DNA from: Octopus bimaculoides
Lineage: Eukaryota
DNA length: 64,000 nucleotides
Assembly: GCF_001194135.2 (NCBI RefSeq)
Contig: NC_068998.1
Span: 13,309,000 to 13,372,999, forward strand
Reading direction: 5' to 3'
Below are positions 12,736 to 25,334 of this stretch, piece after piece; position 1 is the first letter of the stretch; every line of letters starts with the position of its first letter. Under the pieces are notes generated by a model that saw only the letters and a list, made by a program, of their open reading frames with translations, made no database searches and was not told the origin of the DNA. The position numbers were made by a program, and so were the translations under genes.

Positions 12736-13744
12736 TTTATATTCATTATTTAAACTATATACACATTTTTGCAGGTTTAAATGTAATTAAATAATGTCTG
12801 TAAATCATATCTTCTAGAAAGGATGTGCATTTTAATAAATATTCCCTTTACTGTAGTACAAGTGTGTATACATTTTGGGGGGACACCTTACACGAATGCA
12901 TACATAAACATAAATAGGCCCCTATTTTTTTAAGGTTATATTTGTCCCATTTAAAAATACCAAAATATGAAAACAACAACAGCAATAAAAGCATACAACA
13001 AGCATCATTCCCTTGCCCCCCATTCCCCTGCCTCATCAGAAAATAAATGGTAACAGGAAAGAAGCAATATCAACAGGTATTCCTCATTTGTAATCTGAGC
13101 AGAACCGTGAACTGAATATGATAGAAAATAGAATCTAATGATGTTAAACTCTTGGAATGGTAGTCGACAATTAGTAAGATCAGAATGGTTGATTAATGAG
13201 CTCAGTTTCCTGTAGAATGTACACAGAATTGGTATAGGAAATTGGTCAGCTAAATGGATATTCCATATTGAGACATCGAGTATCAATACTTACTACTAAT
13301 ATACATTTAAATATATATATATATATGTGAGTGTGTGTGTGTGTACATATATGTGTGTGGGTATTGACAAGAAGTTTCATATATTTCAGGTAGAATGGAA
13401 ATCATTATGTTGTGATTTTCATGGATTTCTAAAGAACATTTTTCAACAAATCTAACAGAGCAATACTCAAACCACCATGATAAATTATTTTAGTAACACA
13501 CACACGTTGTATACATGTATACACTGGCTGCAGTCAAATTACTGATGGTGATNNNNNNNNNNNNNNNNNNNNNNNNNNNNNNNNNNNNNNNNNNNNNNNN
13601 NNNNNNNNNNNNNNNNNNNNNNNNNNNNNNNNCAGACTTGTGCCTGAGAGGGTAACTTTCTAGGTGCAATCCCATGGTCATTCATGACCGAAGGGTGTCT
13701 CAGATCAGCAGTAATATATATATATATATATTACTGCTGATCTG

Positions 13745-14078
13745 AGACACCCTTCGGTCATGAATGACCATGGGATTGCACCTAGAAAGTTACCCTCTCA
13801 GGCACAAGTCTGGGCAAGGTTGTTTAAGGAAGACCAGCAGTTGCCCATGCATACCGGTCTCCCCTCTCCACGCCACTAGTGTTATCCAAGGGAAAGGCAA
13901 AGGTCGATACAGCTTGGCACCTGTGACGTCACAACTCATTTCTACAGCTGAATGAACTGGAGCAACGTGAAATAAAGTGTCTTGCTCAAGAACACAACAT
14001 GCAGCCTGGTCCGGGATTCAAACTCACAACCTAGCGATCGTAAGTTCGACGCTCTAACCACTGAGCCATGCGCCTTCA
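13745..14078 (-). mobile_element. tRNA-derived SINE family A, full length; its 3' end is mirrored at 13633-13700
   Basis: Colinear with 51671-52006 over its whole length. Confidence 0.9.
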
Positions 14079-15019
14079 CTATACAAACAATCCGAATCAA
14101 ATATATACAATGTATATATATTTAGCCATTTAGTATAAAAATTCTAAATTTCAGATCTATGTTCCAAACATTTTGGCCAAATAATTATATATTGCAAATT
14201 AAATATAACTTTAGGGATTTCATATAAAAATTCTAATTTTCAGATCTATGTGCCAAGCATTTTGGCCACGACTGTATAAGGGTTAGAGTCAGGAAGGGCA
14301 TCTGGCCATATAGAATCTACTTCAATGAATTCCTTCTGATCCATGTAAGTATGGAAAAGTAGATGTTAAAAAGATGAAGATGACGACGACGATGATAAAA
14401 CCATCATACGCACACACAAACACACACACACACACATACAGAAATATACATAATGGAAATTTGTGGAGAATGGTAAAGCAGGATGGCTATGGTTTGAATG
14501 TCTTTTATCATCGGTCTGATCAATGAGAGTTGACTCAAGGCTAAATAACAATACGTTCCTTCATCTATTTATTGCTCTCTACCTGTTCTCTCTCTCTCTC
14601 TACTTCTTACAATAATGTAAACAAAATGATGTGGCCATGGCTGGATTACCTAACATGATATATCTGCACTCAGTCCCATTAAAGTATTGAGTACATAAAT
14701 CAGACATTCACATATTGATTTCAGGCTGCCAAACTATCTACCTAACAACCTTTCAACCTGTCTTCTTGTCCGTCCGTCCGTCTGTCTGCCTGTCTGTTTA
14801 TCTACATATATATCTGTTAAAAATGTAACATGTACCAGTCTCTTTCTCTCTCTCTCTCTCTCCATTTTCTCCTCCCACCTCTCTTTCTTCTTCACTTCTA
14901 TCTCCCACCCACACTCACCTCCCACTCCTTGGGCAAATGATTGGTTGATTGTTCAGACGATTACTTAAGCCATTGTTTAGTTGTTTAGTTATTTGATTAA
15001 TTAGTTGACTGGTTCTCTA

Positions 15020-15190
15020 ATAATAATCTTTTCTACTCTAGGCACAAGGCCCGAAATTCCGCTGAGGTCGACTTTCCTTTTATCCTTTCAGGGTCGATAA
15101 ACCAAGTACCAGTTGTGTACTGGGGTTGATCTAATCGACTGGCCCTCTTCCCCAATTCTTTGGGACTTTTGCCTTGAGTAGAAAAGAATA
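15020..15190. mobile_element. Two SINE family C 3' ends in opposite orientation
   Basis: 15020-15058 is the reverse complement of aatttcgggccttgtgcctagagtagaaaagattatta. 15054-15190 is the forward core and 3' end. Confidence 0.75.
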
Positions 15191-15249
15191 TATGGGTGTC
15201 CTCCCTTATAAAAACAGTGTCTGATTTTAAGATGATTTAACAGTTTGTA

Positions 15250-15345
15250 GTGGCGCGAAATTATAGCCGCCATTGAGGAAGTATTATTCTGTGCATGTGC
15301 AGGGGACTTCACCACCGGAAGCCCCTCGAGTTGTGCATGCGTAGT
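15250..15345. promoter_or_regulatory. CpG-rich putative housekeeping-type promoter: E2F-, YY1-, ETS- and NRF1-like motifs
   Basis: GGCGCGAAA 15252-15260, GCCGCCATT 15266-15274, ACCGGAAG 15314-15321, TGTGCATGCGTA 15332-15343 and TGTGCATGTGCA 15290-15301. CpG density is locally high in otherwise AT-rich DNA. Confidence 0.4.
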
Positions 15346-16026
15346 AAAACTCGTACTTAAACAATGACTTTCATTTTCTCAGCGAGTTGAGCCTGAGACC
15401 TTCTATGTGACAACACCTCGCTCCTCCACGAAGCACTTTTACACTGTTCTCTGGCAGGCATCAAGGAAGCTCTTAACCTTCCATTACCAAACTACAACTT
15501 AATCAGCGGCTGCTAAGCTGAATGACAGGAATTGTGAAACCAAGCATCATCATAAACAAAACCTTTTTATTATGTTGTTAATTGTTCTAATGTCTCTTCA
15601 TATAAAATGCTGTTGAAAGGTGATAGAGAGAGACTAAAGTCTCTATGACAACTATCAAACATTTACAAGTTCTTTCTACCAAGTGGTGTGACTGCATAGA
15701 GTCTCCTTCATTGGCTTGTGCAGCTGCTACAGTTGTTGTTTAACCCCCAGATTAACCCTGGCCTAGAAGACCTGTGGCTAAAGACCTTCCAGCTCTAAGC
15801 ATCCAGTAGTTTTTTCCAGGATTACACAATCTGGTGGATCTCACACTCAACCGTTTCCTTCCTTATTGTGGTTTCTCAACTTCAAGTTAGCCCTGATCAA
15901 GTAGACTTATGATGAAAGACAATCTAGCTATGACCATCCACTCTTTTTAGATTTACATAAGACTACGTTTCCCACTTAACACTATAAGGTATCATTTAAG
16001 GGAATTTGGTTACTAATCCTAGCAAG

Positions 16027-16320
16027 TCATCATCATCATCGTTTAACGTCCGCTTTCCATGCTAGCATGGGTTGGACAATTTGACTGAGGACTGGTGAAA
16101 CCAGGCTCCAATCTGATTTGGCAGAGTTTCTACAGCTGGATACCCTTCCTAACGCCAACCACTCAGAGAATGTAGTGGGTGCTTTTATGTGTCACCTGCA
16201 CGAAGGCCAGTCAGGCGGTACTGGCAACGGCCACGCTCAAAATGGTGTATTTTATGTGCCACCCACACTAGAGCCATTCCAGGGGCACTAGCAACGATCT
16301 CGCTCAAAAATCCTAGCAGG
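16027..16320 (-). mobile_element. RTE LINE 3' UTR with (GAT)n tail
   Basis: catcatcatcgtttaacgtccgctttccatgctagcatgggttgga...ggatacccttcctaacgccaaccactc, the same sequence as the 3' UTR of the RTE at 49822-51090. Confidence 0.85.
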
Positions 16321-17204
16321 TCAAACGTAGAAAATCCCCTGATTAGAACTGTAGTAACATGGGCATGTGGGCATTTTGAAAATACCTCATGGAGTGATGA
16401 TGATAATTACGATGATGACTATGATGATGAGGATGTATGGCAAATTTCTATGAGGCAGTATCTTCGTTGCCATTTTTGCCATCTGCGCATGCATAAATTT
16501 CCTCTTCTTTCCTTTTCTCCTCCTCCTCCCCCTCCTCTTCACCTTCATTTGTTAATCAGTATCTTACTCCTCCCCCGCTTCTCCTCGTTGTCATCATCAA
16601 TGCCCTCATTATATATGCTATCGTCATTACATATGCTGATGTCACCACCATCATTAATCTCTGACCAACACCACAACACTGACAGCAACACCACCCACAC
16701 CACCACCATCACCACCACCACCAGCATCGTCAGCATCACCACCATCACAACAACACAGGCAAACGTATAAACCTCTTATGTGGTCACTCCATCTGCTAGA
16801 AGCAGCAACCTAATCACCCTATCACTCTCTTCTAACCCAGATGATCGCCGCTGAAATAACTTAAAGCTAAGTCACAACAACAACAACTACTACAACAAAC
16901 TACACCCACCACCACCACCATCATCATCATCATCACCATCACTCATGACCAGTCTTGTTTTCAAGCACCCAAAGAATTAATGAAGTGTGCTGACGCCATA
17001 ATGAAGGGCTCATTATTTGTATAATAAGTGCCACAGCCGTGCCCAGCCATAAACTGTTCAGCTTGGTCTTTTTCTCTCTGTATGTTGATAGTCTTAAATC
17101 AGAATAATTATGTAGTTAAAGCAGCAGATCATATGCGACTGTTTCTAGTGTGAATGACCTTTTGAGATAATTCTAGATGCACTCCTTTTGCATCTGATAC
17201 CCTG

Positions 17205-17379
17205 TCATTCTATCAATAAATCTATCTATCTATCTATCCATCTGTCTATCAATCTATCCATCTGTCTATCTATCCATCTATCCATCTATCTATCTATCTA
17301 TCTATCTATCCATCCATCCATCTATCCATCCATCTATCTATCTATCCATCTATCTATCTATCTATCCATCCATCCATCC

Positions 17380-17446
<67 letters not shown>

Positions 17447-17580
17447 CATCCATCTATCTATCCATCTATCTATCTATCTATCTATCTATCCATCCATCTA
17501 TCTATCCATCTATCTATCTATCTATTTGTCTGTCTTTCTATCCATCTATCTATATATCCATCTATCTATCTGTCTGTCTT
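17205..17580. repeat. Compound (ATCT)n/(ATCC)n tetranucleotide array of about 375 bp
   Basis: Direct inspection. Confidence 0.95.
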
Positions 17581-17724
17581 TGTCCCATCTTCGTTGAGCC
17601 CTGTGTGGCTAATAAAAGAAATGTATCTGTCTGTCTTTCTATCTATCAAGCTATTTCCCTTTTTTTTTCTCCGGGGTAATTAGTTTTGTGAATCTCTCAA
17701 CGTATCTGTGATGTTGTATGTATA

Positions 17725-18210
17725 TCATCATCATTGTCATCACCATCGTCATCATTATCATTCTCATCATTATACATTAGTTGTTCCATGCTTCTGTGAG
17801 CTGAACAGGTTTTCTTTTCCTCTTCTTTTCTTTTTCTTCTTCTTTTTTTGCTCTAACACAGCATCTTACTACTCCTGTATTTTCTTGTCCTCTCTTATGA
17901 TGTCCATTAATATCAAGACCACCTTTTCACCATTTCTTGCTATATTTTCTTTGATTTGCCTCTTCAACAAGTTCCTTCTCTTTGGATTCCTTGGCACTTC
18001 TTTACACAATTGACATCCACCACACTCATCACATATCTGTATTAGTTCAATGTTCTCTCTAACATTCTACATTTGATTCCTCTTAAACCCAATTTTTTCC
18101 CTTAACTAATTGGTGTGCCATCGTTCATTCTCACTAACATTAGATATCCCTCTGCATGTATTCAACCAATTTCTTTCCAGCTTACGTACATTCTCCACAA
18201 CCATTTTTAT
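17725..18210 (-). mobile_element. Heavily decayed RTE LINE 3' fragment
   Basis: Minus translation MVVENVRKLERN...SNVSENER..LREKIG..VKKCQGIQREG aligns by eye to MTTENMRKLVRN..CNVSVHTR..LREKLD..VKKCHTLAVER of the 50330-51028 ORF. A (GAT)-rich tail is present. Confidence 0.6.
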
Positions 18211-18232
18211 TAATATTAACATGTTAAAGTTA

Positions 18233-18684
18233 AGGTGGTGAGCCGGCAGAACCATTAGCACACCGGGCGAAATGCTTAGCAGTATTTCGTCTGTCTTTTC
18301 GTTCTGAGTTCAAATTCTGCTGAAGTCAACTTTGCCTTTCATCCTTTTGGAGTTGATAAATTAAGTACCAGTTACTCACTTGGGTCGATGTAGTCGACTT
18401 ACTCAAGACAAAATCAATATAGCTTGTCATCAGTGTCAACAAAGGTGATAAGCTGTGTATCCAGATGTCAATGTATGTGTTGTCACAGACCTTGTTACCA
18501 GAACACAAAGAGCAGGAATGGACTGTCCTTGCAAGATGCTCTAACTATATAGCTAATACACTACCTTGGGTCATTACTATATTTATTGACCCTGAAAGAA
18601 TGAGAAGCAAAGCTGGCTTCAACAGGATTTGAACTCAGAGTACTGAGACTCATAAAAAATTTTTAAACACATTCGACCTAATGC

Positions 18685-18724
<40 letters not shown>

Positions 18725-18985
18725 CCCTCTATTAATTTCACTAAGAATCTATTACCTTTTTTAAGACAGTGACCTGGCCAAATCGTTAACACACCTGGCA
18801 AAATGCTTAGCAGCATTTCACCCATCTTTAAGTTCTGAGTTCAAATTCTCTCCAGGGTCAGCTCCACCTTTCATCCTATCAGGGTCAATGAAATAAGTAC
18901 CAGTTGATCACTGGGGGTCAATGTAATCAATTCACCCTAATCTCCTGATAATTGCTGGCCTTGTGCCAAAACTTCAAATCCAATC
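18233..18985. mobile_element. Cluster of SINE family C copies (18233-18400 +, 18550-18650 -, 18770-18985 +)
   Basis: ggtggtgagccggcagaaccattagcacaccgggcgaaatgcttagc...gagttcaaattc...gcctttcatcc, matching 55230-55453. Confidence 0.8.
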
Positions 18986-18989
18986 TCTT

Positions 18990-19189
18990 TCACCCTTTTA
19001 CTTGTTTCAGTCATTTGATTGCGGCCATGCTGGAGCACCGCCTTTAGTCGAGCAAATCGAGCCCAGGACTTATTCTTTGTAAGCCAAGTACTTATTCTAT
19101 CGGTCTCTTTTGCTGAACTGCTAAGTTACAGGGACGTAAACACACCAGCATCAGTTGTCAAGTGATGTTGGGGGGACAAACAGACACAG

Positions 19190-19222
<33 letters not shown>

Positions 19223-19367
19223 CACACATATACATACATGCATGCATATATACGACAGGCTTCTTTCAGTTTCCGTCTACCAAATCCACTCACAAGGCTT
19301 TGGTCGGCCCGAGGCTATAGTAGAAGACACATACCCAAGGTGCCACACAGTGGGGCTGAACCACTCC
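18990..19367 (-). mobile_element. SINE family B, truncated by a gap
   Basis: Reverse complement is colinear with 32315-32702. Confidence 0.9.
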
Positions 19368-19759
19368 NNNNNNNNNNNNNNNNNNNNNNNNNNNNNNNNN
19401 NNNNNNNNNNNNNNNNNNNNNNNNNNNNNNNNNNNNNNNNNNNNNNNNNNNNNNNNNNNNNNNNNNNNNNNNNNNNNNNNNNNNNNNNNNNNNNNNNNNN
19501 NNNNNNNNNNNNNNNNNNNNNNNNNNNNNNNNNNNNNNNNNNNNNNNNNNNNNNNNNNNNNNNNNNNNNNNNNNNNNATTATGCATTTTACTTTGTTTAT
19601 TTAAAAAAAAAAATTTTTATTTCTATTTTTGTTTTCTTAACCCTTTCTTCACTTCTACTCCAGCTAACCATTACCCACCCACCCACCTCTCTCTACACTG
19701 CTTTCTCAAAGTGTATTTTGATTTGTGTGTGGGTCTCATTTGGCCGTTGTTTTTCACTC

Positions 19760-20050
19760 ATCACCCTTTACACACACCCACTCACACACACATTCACACA
19801 CACAAACACACACAGACATACACACATACACCCACACACACACATACATATACACACGCACACATACACAAACACAGACACACGCACGCATATAAACACA
19901 CACATACACACACACACATACACACACACACACACATACAGACACTCACGCACACATGCACACAGACACCCACACACACATGCACACACTCACACACACA
20001 TGCACAGACACAAACACACATGCACACGCTCACACACACACACACAAACA
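19760..20050. repeat. Degenerate (CA)n array of about 290 bp
   Basis: Direct inspection. It is the source of the HT/VC-rich ORFs. Confidence 0.9.
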
Positions 20051-21059
20051 TCCATTTTCTTAAGTAATTCCACCTCTGCTTTCCTCACAATTTTTCTTCT
20101 GCCCCCCCCCCATCTCCCTCTCCAGCAAACTACCACACCCAGCCAAACCCGACCACCTTCCCACCCCACTAGTCAACCTAATCCCTCACCCCCTCCACCA
20201 CCCCCCACTCTCAACTACTCAAAATACATTAGTTGTTTATTAGATATCTGTCAGTTATGGCCAAACAAACCAGGTGCTATAGAAATTTAAAGTCTGAATG
20301 CTTCCCGACCAAATGGAATGGATAACATTTTGCTTAGTCATTCAGACAAGGCCTAATGTCCGACTGCATATTCCGCACGTTCCGTTTACTTCCTAGTTTA
20401 CTTCGCATTTCTTACGTGGTGTAATAGATTTTCAATGATATACGCAAGCTGCAAGATATCTATTACGTTTATTTACTCAGATTTATTTTTATTTTATTTT
20501 CGCAGTCTAACGACTTTACACTGGATGAGACTGGCATAAATATTAAGAACATAGGTTAATTGTAACAATTTGCAGATTAAAGTGGCTTTTATTCAAACAT
20601 ATATTAGACACATTGAAGAATTATGGTAAAGCCTTAGTGATATGTCTAGCTTACATCAACTTCAATATTACCAACCAACAGACAAGCCTCAGTAGATTTA
20701 ATTTATGTGTTGTCTTTCTTTGTTTAAATCTCTCTGATTTTATTTATTTATGTATTTATTTATTCATTTTTATTTTATTTCCCTATTTTATATTGTATTT
20801 TCATGAACAATAGTATCTCTTGTCATGCAATATTTCAAACAGGCCAATCACAGGATCATTTCATTTGTTTTCCCAAAAGGTAAAGAGGATTGTTAGGGCA
20901 ATGTCAATGGTTAGGGCAGCAGACTCATGGTCATAGGATCGTGTATATATACCTTTGTGTTTGTTCTTGTATCACTGCACGACTGGTATTGTTTTACTTT
21001 ATAACCCTTGTAACTTTACAAATTCAAGAAAAGAGGCCAATAGAATAAATAAAATAAGG

Positions 21060-21743
21060 TCAATTTGCTTGACTGATTCTACAGGGTTGTGCTCCAGCAT
21101 GGTCGGAAACCAATGACTGAAACACACACACACACACACACACATTTATACTTATACACACATAGGCACAAATAATTATATGCATAGGTGTGGCTCTTTG
21201 GTAAGAAGCTTGCTTCCCTACCAAATGGTTCTGGGTTCAGTCCTTGTGTGTGACACCTTGGGAAGTGTCTTCTATTATAGCTTTGGGCTGACCAAAGCCT
21301 TGTGAGTGGATTTGGCAGATAGAAACACTGAAGAAGCCCATTGGCTGTGTGGTAAGTAGCTTGCTTACCAGCCACATGGTTCCGGGTTCAGTCCCACTGT
21401 GTGGCACCTTGGGCAAGTGTCTTCTACTATAGCCTCGGGCCGACCAAAGCCTTGTGAGTGGATTTGGTAGATGGAAACTGAAAGAAGCCCATCGTATATA
21501 TGTATATATATGTATATGTATGTGTGTGGATATGTTTGTGTTTGTCCCTCCACCATCGCTTGATAACCGATGCTGGTGTGTTTACGTCCCCGTAACCTAG
21601 CGGTTCAGCAAAAGAGACTGATAGAATAAGTACTAGGCTTCCAAAGAATAAGTCCTGGGGTCGATTTGCTGGACTAAAGGCGGTGCTCCTGCATAACCAC
21701 AGTCAAATAACTGAAACAAGGAAAAGAGTAAAAGAGAATATAC

Positions 21744-21777
<34 letters not shown>

Positions 21778-22000
21778 CTGTGTGTGTTTGTCTGTGTTGT
21801 CCTCACCATTGCTTGACAGCTGATGTCGATGTGTTTACGTCCCCATAACTTAGCAGTTCGGCAAAAGAGACCGATAAAACAAGTACTAGGCTTACAAAGA
21901 ATAAGTCCTGCGCTTGATTTCTTCAACTAAAAACCCCTTTAAAGTGGTGCTCCAGCATGGCTGGCCGCATTCAAATAACTGAAAGAAGTAAAGGAGTAAC
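21060..22000 (+). mobile_element. Tandem cluster of SINE family B pieces including a full-length copy at 21342-21736
   Basis: Head tggctgtgtggtaagtagcttgc with box B-like ggttcagtcc, internal (TA)(TG)n, and 3' gcataaccacagtcaaataactgaaacaag. Confidence 0.9.
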
Positions 22001-23238
22001 AGAAATGAATAAAGACTGCGTGTGTTAAATTAAAGAAAAATCTTTTTCATCAAAAGACAATTAAATACTAAAACATCTTGTATCTGTGAACCATAGAACA
22101 AGTTAGTTACAAGGAAATTTAAATTAATAACAGTTGACTAAGTTCTAACAAAAAAAAAGCAAAAAAGCAAAAAAAAAAAAAAAATTTCAGAGTGGATTCG
22201 AGTGGAAATATTATTTTTAACCGATACTAAATTATCTTTGACCATTTGCTGCTGAGTTAGATAATTACAACAGAAGCACTATTTTACAAAGAACACCGAG
22301 TTTTTATTTTAGAGTCAACCAGATGAAATTGTTAGAAATCTGATCTGAATCGAAAGATAAACAAAAATTCTGGAATTTGTCAACTATGTAAACTCAGAAG
22401 GTAAATTGTAAACCTGACCAAAAATTTGCGTTTGTTATTTTATTTTATTTATTTTTTTTTTTTTTGGTTTTTGTTTTTAATTCTTTTGAAACAAGGAAAA
22501 GAAGACAAATTCCAATAATATAATCATTTTAGGTTTACCAATATATGCAAATATAGTTTTGGAGAAGATTTAAGAATAAATATTTATGAATAAATTGTAC
22601 AAAATTTGGTTCCCAATATTGCAGTTACAATTACCAATTTGTAAAAATGGAACAAATCCACCAACTTTGTTGGAGGGCATAGTTAATTAAATCAATTTCA
22701 CTACCAGAATGGTATTTTTATGCTAACAATTTTTCCAAGACTATATAAGCCAACACTTCTTTGCCTTAAGAGATAACACATCAACACTACCTTACACTAC
22801 ATTTTCACACCGTACATCAACAACATTTCCCAAAATCCTCATTTTACATCGTTTTTGTTTGTTTGTTTGTTTGTTTGTTTGTTTATTTTATCATGCTTGC
22901 ATAGGTCTAGCGGATCATCTTCAGAACGGCATTTCATCACTTGTTTTTGGTACATTTTCCTGCCTTTTGCAACATTCTGACTTTTAGAATCAATTTTTGT
23001 CACTTTTTCGCCAAGCCGTTCTTGGTATTCTTCTTCTACAGGGCCCATCAACTTGGGCCACTTAGCACTTCTTCATACAACTATCAAAACACGTGCACAC
23101 ACACACACACTCACACACACACTCACACACACACACGAACACATGCACACACACATCCACACACACATATTCCTCTTGATGCCTTCTGATACTGTCCCCA
23201 AAGATTCAACAATAATTGGTGCTATTTTCACCTTCTTC

Positions 23239-23271
<33 letters not shown>

Positions 23272-23431
23272 AGGTGGTATCAAAATGTTCCAGGACTCAC
23301 ACGTGCACCACACATAGATGCGCAACGCACATGCACACCTCACACACACGTGCAGTGCACACACATATATAAATATATATTCCATCATCATCATTTTAGC
23401 ATCAACTTTCACATGCTTGTATAGGTTAGGT

Positions 23432-23763
23432 TAGCGTTTCTCAACTGGGGTTTCCTGGAACCCTAGGGGTCTGCAAAAGGTTCCTAGGGGTTCCGCAAGA
23501 AAGAGTGAGATAAGTTAACGCTAATTTCATGATCATAATATTACTATTCATGCACAACATATTGGTTATTATAATATAGACATCATCCCATCTAACTTAT
23601 GTTATCAAAAATCTATAATAGATATATGATATTTACCACGTGAACTGCGATGAAAAAATATGAGAAAGATATGGTATATAATTTTTTTTTTTGTACAGGG
23701 GTTCCTTGAGGCATGTAATTTATTTTAAGGGTTACACAAGAGCAAAAAGGTTAAAAAACACTG
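23432..23763. mobile_element. hAT-type MITE with 8-bp target site duplication
   Basis: Ends are tagcgtttctcaact and aggttaaaaaacactg (CAGTGTTTCTCAAC-type TIR). Flanks ggttaggt (23424-23431) and ggttacgt (23764-23771) match at 7 of 8 positions. Confidence 0.75.
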
Positions 23764-24404
23764 GGTTACGTAAATGTCACTGAGACAAATTTTCTACAGC
23801 AAATGTCCTTCTTGTTGCCAAGCATTTCTAGGCAAGATAAAATCCCCCAATGGCCTGACATGCATTTTCAGAATGCTGGAAATGAAGGATATTCATTAAC
23901 AATAGTGCAACACGAAGACAAGGTCTCACACAGAGAGAGACACACACACGCGCATGTGTACACAAACACACATGCATACATGCATGCACACATGGATAGT
24001 TAACTGTTCCATTAAGGTGGAATCAACAAAAGAAGTACTCTATCCATTGAAAGATAAATATCATTTAATGAGCACTGTATCAATATAAGAGCTGCTAATA
24101 GTTTCTTGTCACTGAGACACGTGGTAAGGCAGATTTTCATAATGTGCCTTGTGTCTCCAAGTGCATGCAATAAAAATTTGCAGAACCATATATCTCAATG
24201 GTGAGAAACTATTTGTAGCTCTTATTTTAATAAAATGTACATTAAATGACACAAACATACATGTATGTATATGTATATATCTATATATAAATCTTTAGTT
24301 AAATATATTCAATGAGAATATTATATACTGAATTTATATTGAGTGCTCTATCGTATCAAAGTATTAATACTATTAAAGTATTTATGTATTTAATACGAGC
24401 GATT

Positions 24405-24573
24405 ATATATATTTTATAATATATTATTATTGACAAATTCAGTATTGAATGCTTTTTGTATATAGAGCAAAGTACATTGAATATATTCAGCTAAAGATTT
24501 ATGTACTCTGCTCTATATACAAAGAGCACTCAATACTGAATTTGTTAATAATAATATATTATAAAATATATAT
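24405..24573. repeat. AT-rich inverted repeat, 73-nt arms, 23-nt loop
   Basis: 24405-24477 versus 24501-24573: 4 mismatches, all transitions. Confidence 0.9.
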
Positions 24574-24593
24574 CTATATATATGTAAAATACT

Positions 24594-24913
24594 CCCTTTG
24601 GTCATGAATGACCATGGCATTGCACCCAGAAAGTTACCCTCAGAGGCACAAGTCCAGGCAAGGTTGTTTATGGAAGGTCAGCAGTCACCCATGCATACCA
24701 GCCTTCCCTCTCCATGACACCGATGTTCTCCAAGGGAGAAGTAAAGGCCGATATAGCTTGGCACCAGTGTTGTTGCAACTCATTTCTACAGCTGAGTGAA
24801 CTGGAGCAACGTGAAATAAAGTGTCTTGCTCAAGAACACAACACACAGCCCAGTCTGGGACTTGTACTCATGATTGTGAGCCTGATTCTCTAACCACGGA
24901 GCTATTTGCCTTC
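24594..24913 (-). mobile_element. SINE family A, full length
   Basis: Colinear with 51671-52006. Confidence 0.9.
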
Positions 24914-25007
24914 ACACACACATACACACACACACACACACACATATATATATGTAAGATATATATATACATATGTGATATATATACATATATACATATA
25001 CATATGT

Positions 25008-25334
25008 GAAGGCACATCGCTCTGTGGTTAGAGCGTTGAGCTTACGATCATTAGGCTGTGAGTTTGATTCCCAGATTGGGCTGTGTGTTGTGTTCTTGAG
25101 CAAGACACTTTATTTCACGTTTCCCCAGTTCATTCAGCTATAGAAATGAGTTACAATGTCACTGGTGCCAAGCTGTATCGGCCTTTGCCTTTCCCTTGGA
25201 TAACATCGGTGGCATGGAGAGAGGTATGAATGGGTGACTGCAGGTCTTTCACAAGCAACATTGCCTGGACTTGTGCTTCAGAGGAGAACTTTCTAGGTGA
25301 AATCCCATGGTCATTGATGACCAAAGGCAGTCTC
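25008..25334 (+). mobile_element. SINE family A, full length
   Basis: gaaggcacatcgctctgtggttagagcg...ggtcattgatgaccaaaggcagtctc. Confidence 0.9.

Noticed and set aside
22313-22400. Plus-strand segment with good acceptor and AAG|gtaaat donor
   Set aside because: It has stops in all three frames. It could be a UTR or lncRNA exon, but nothing else supports it.
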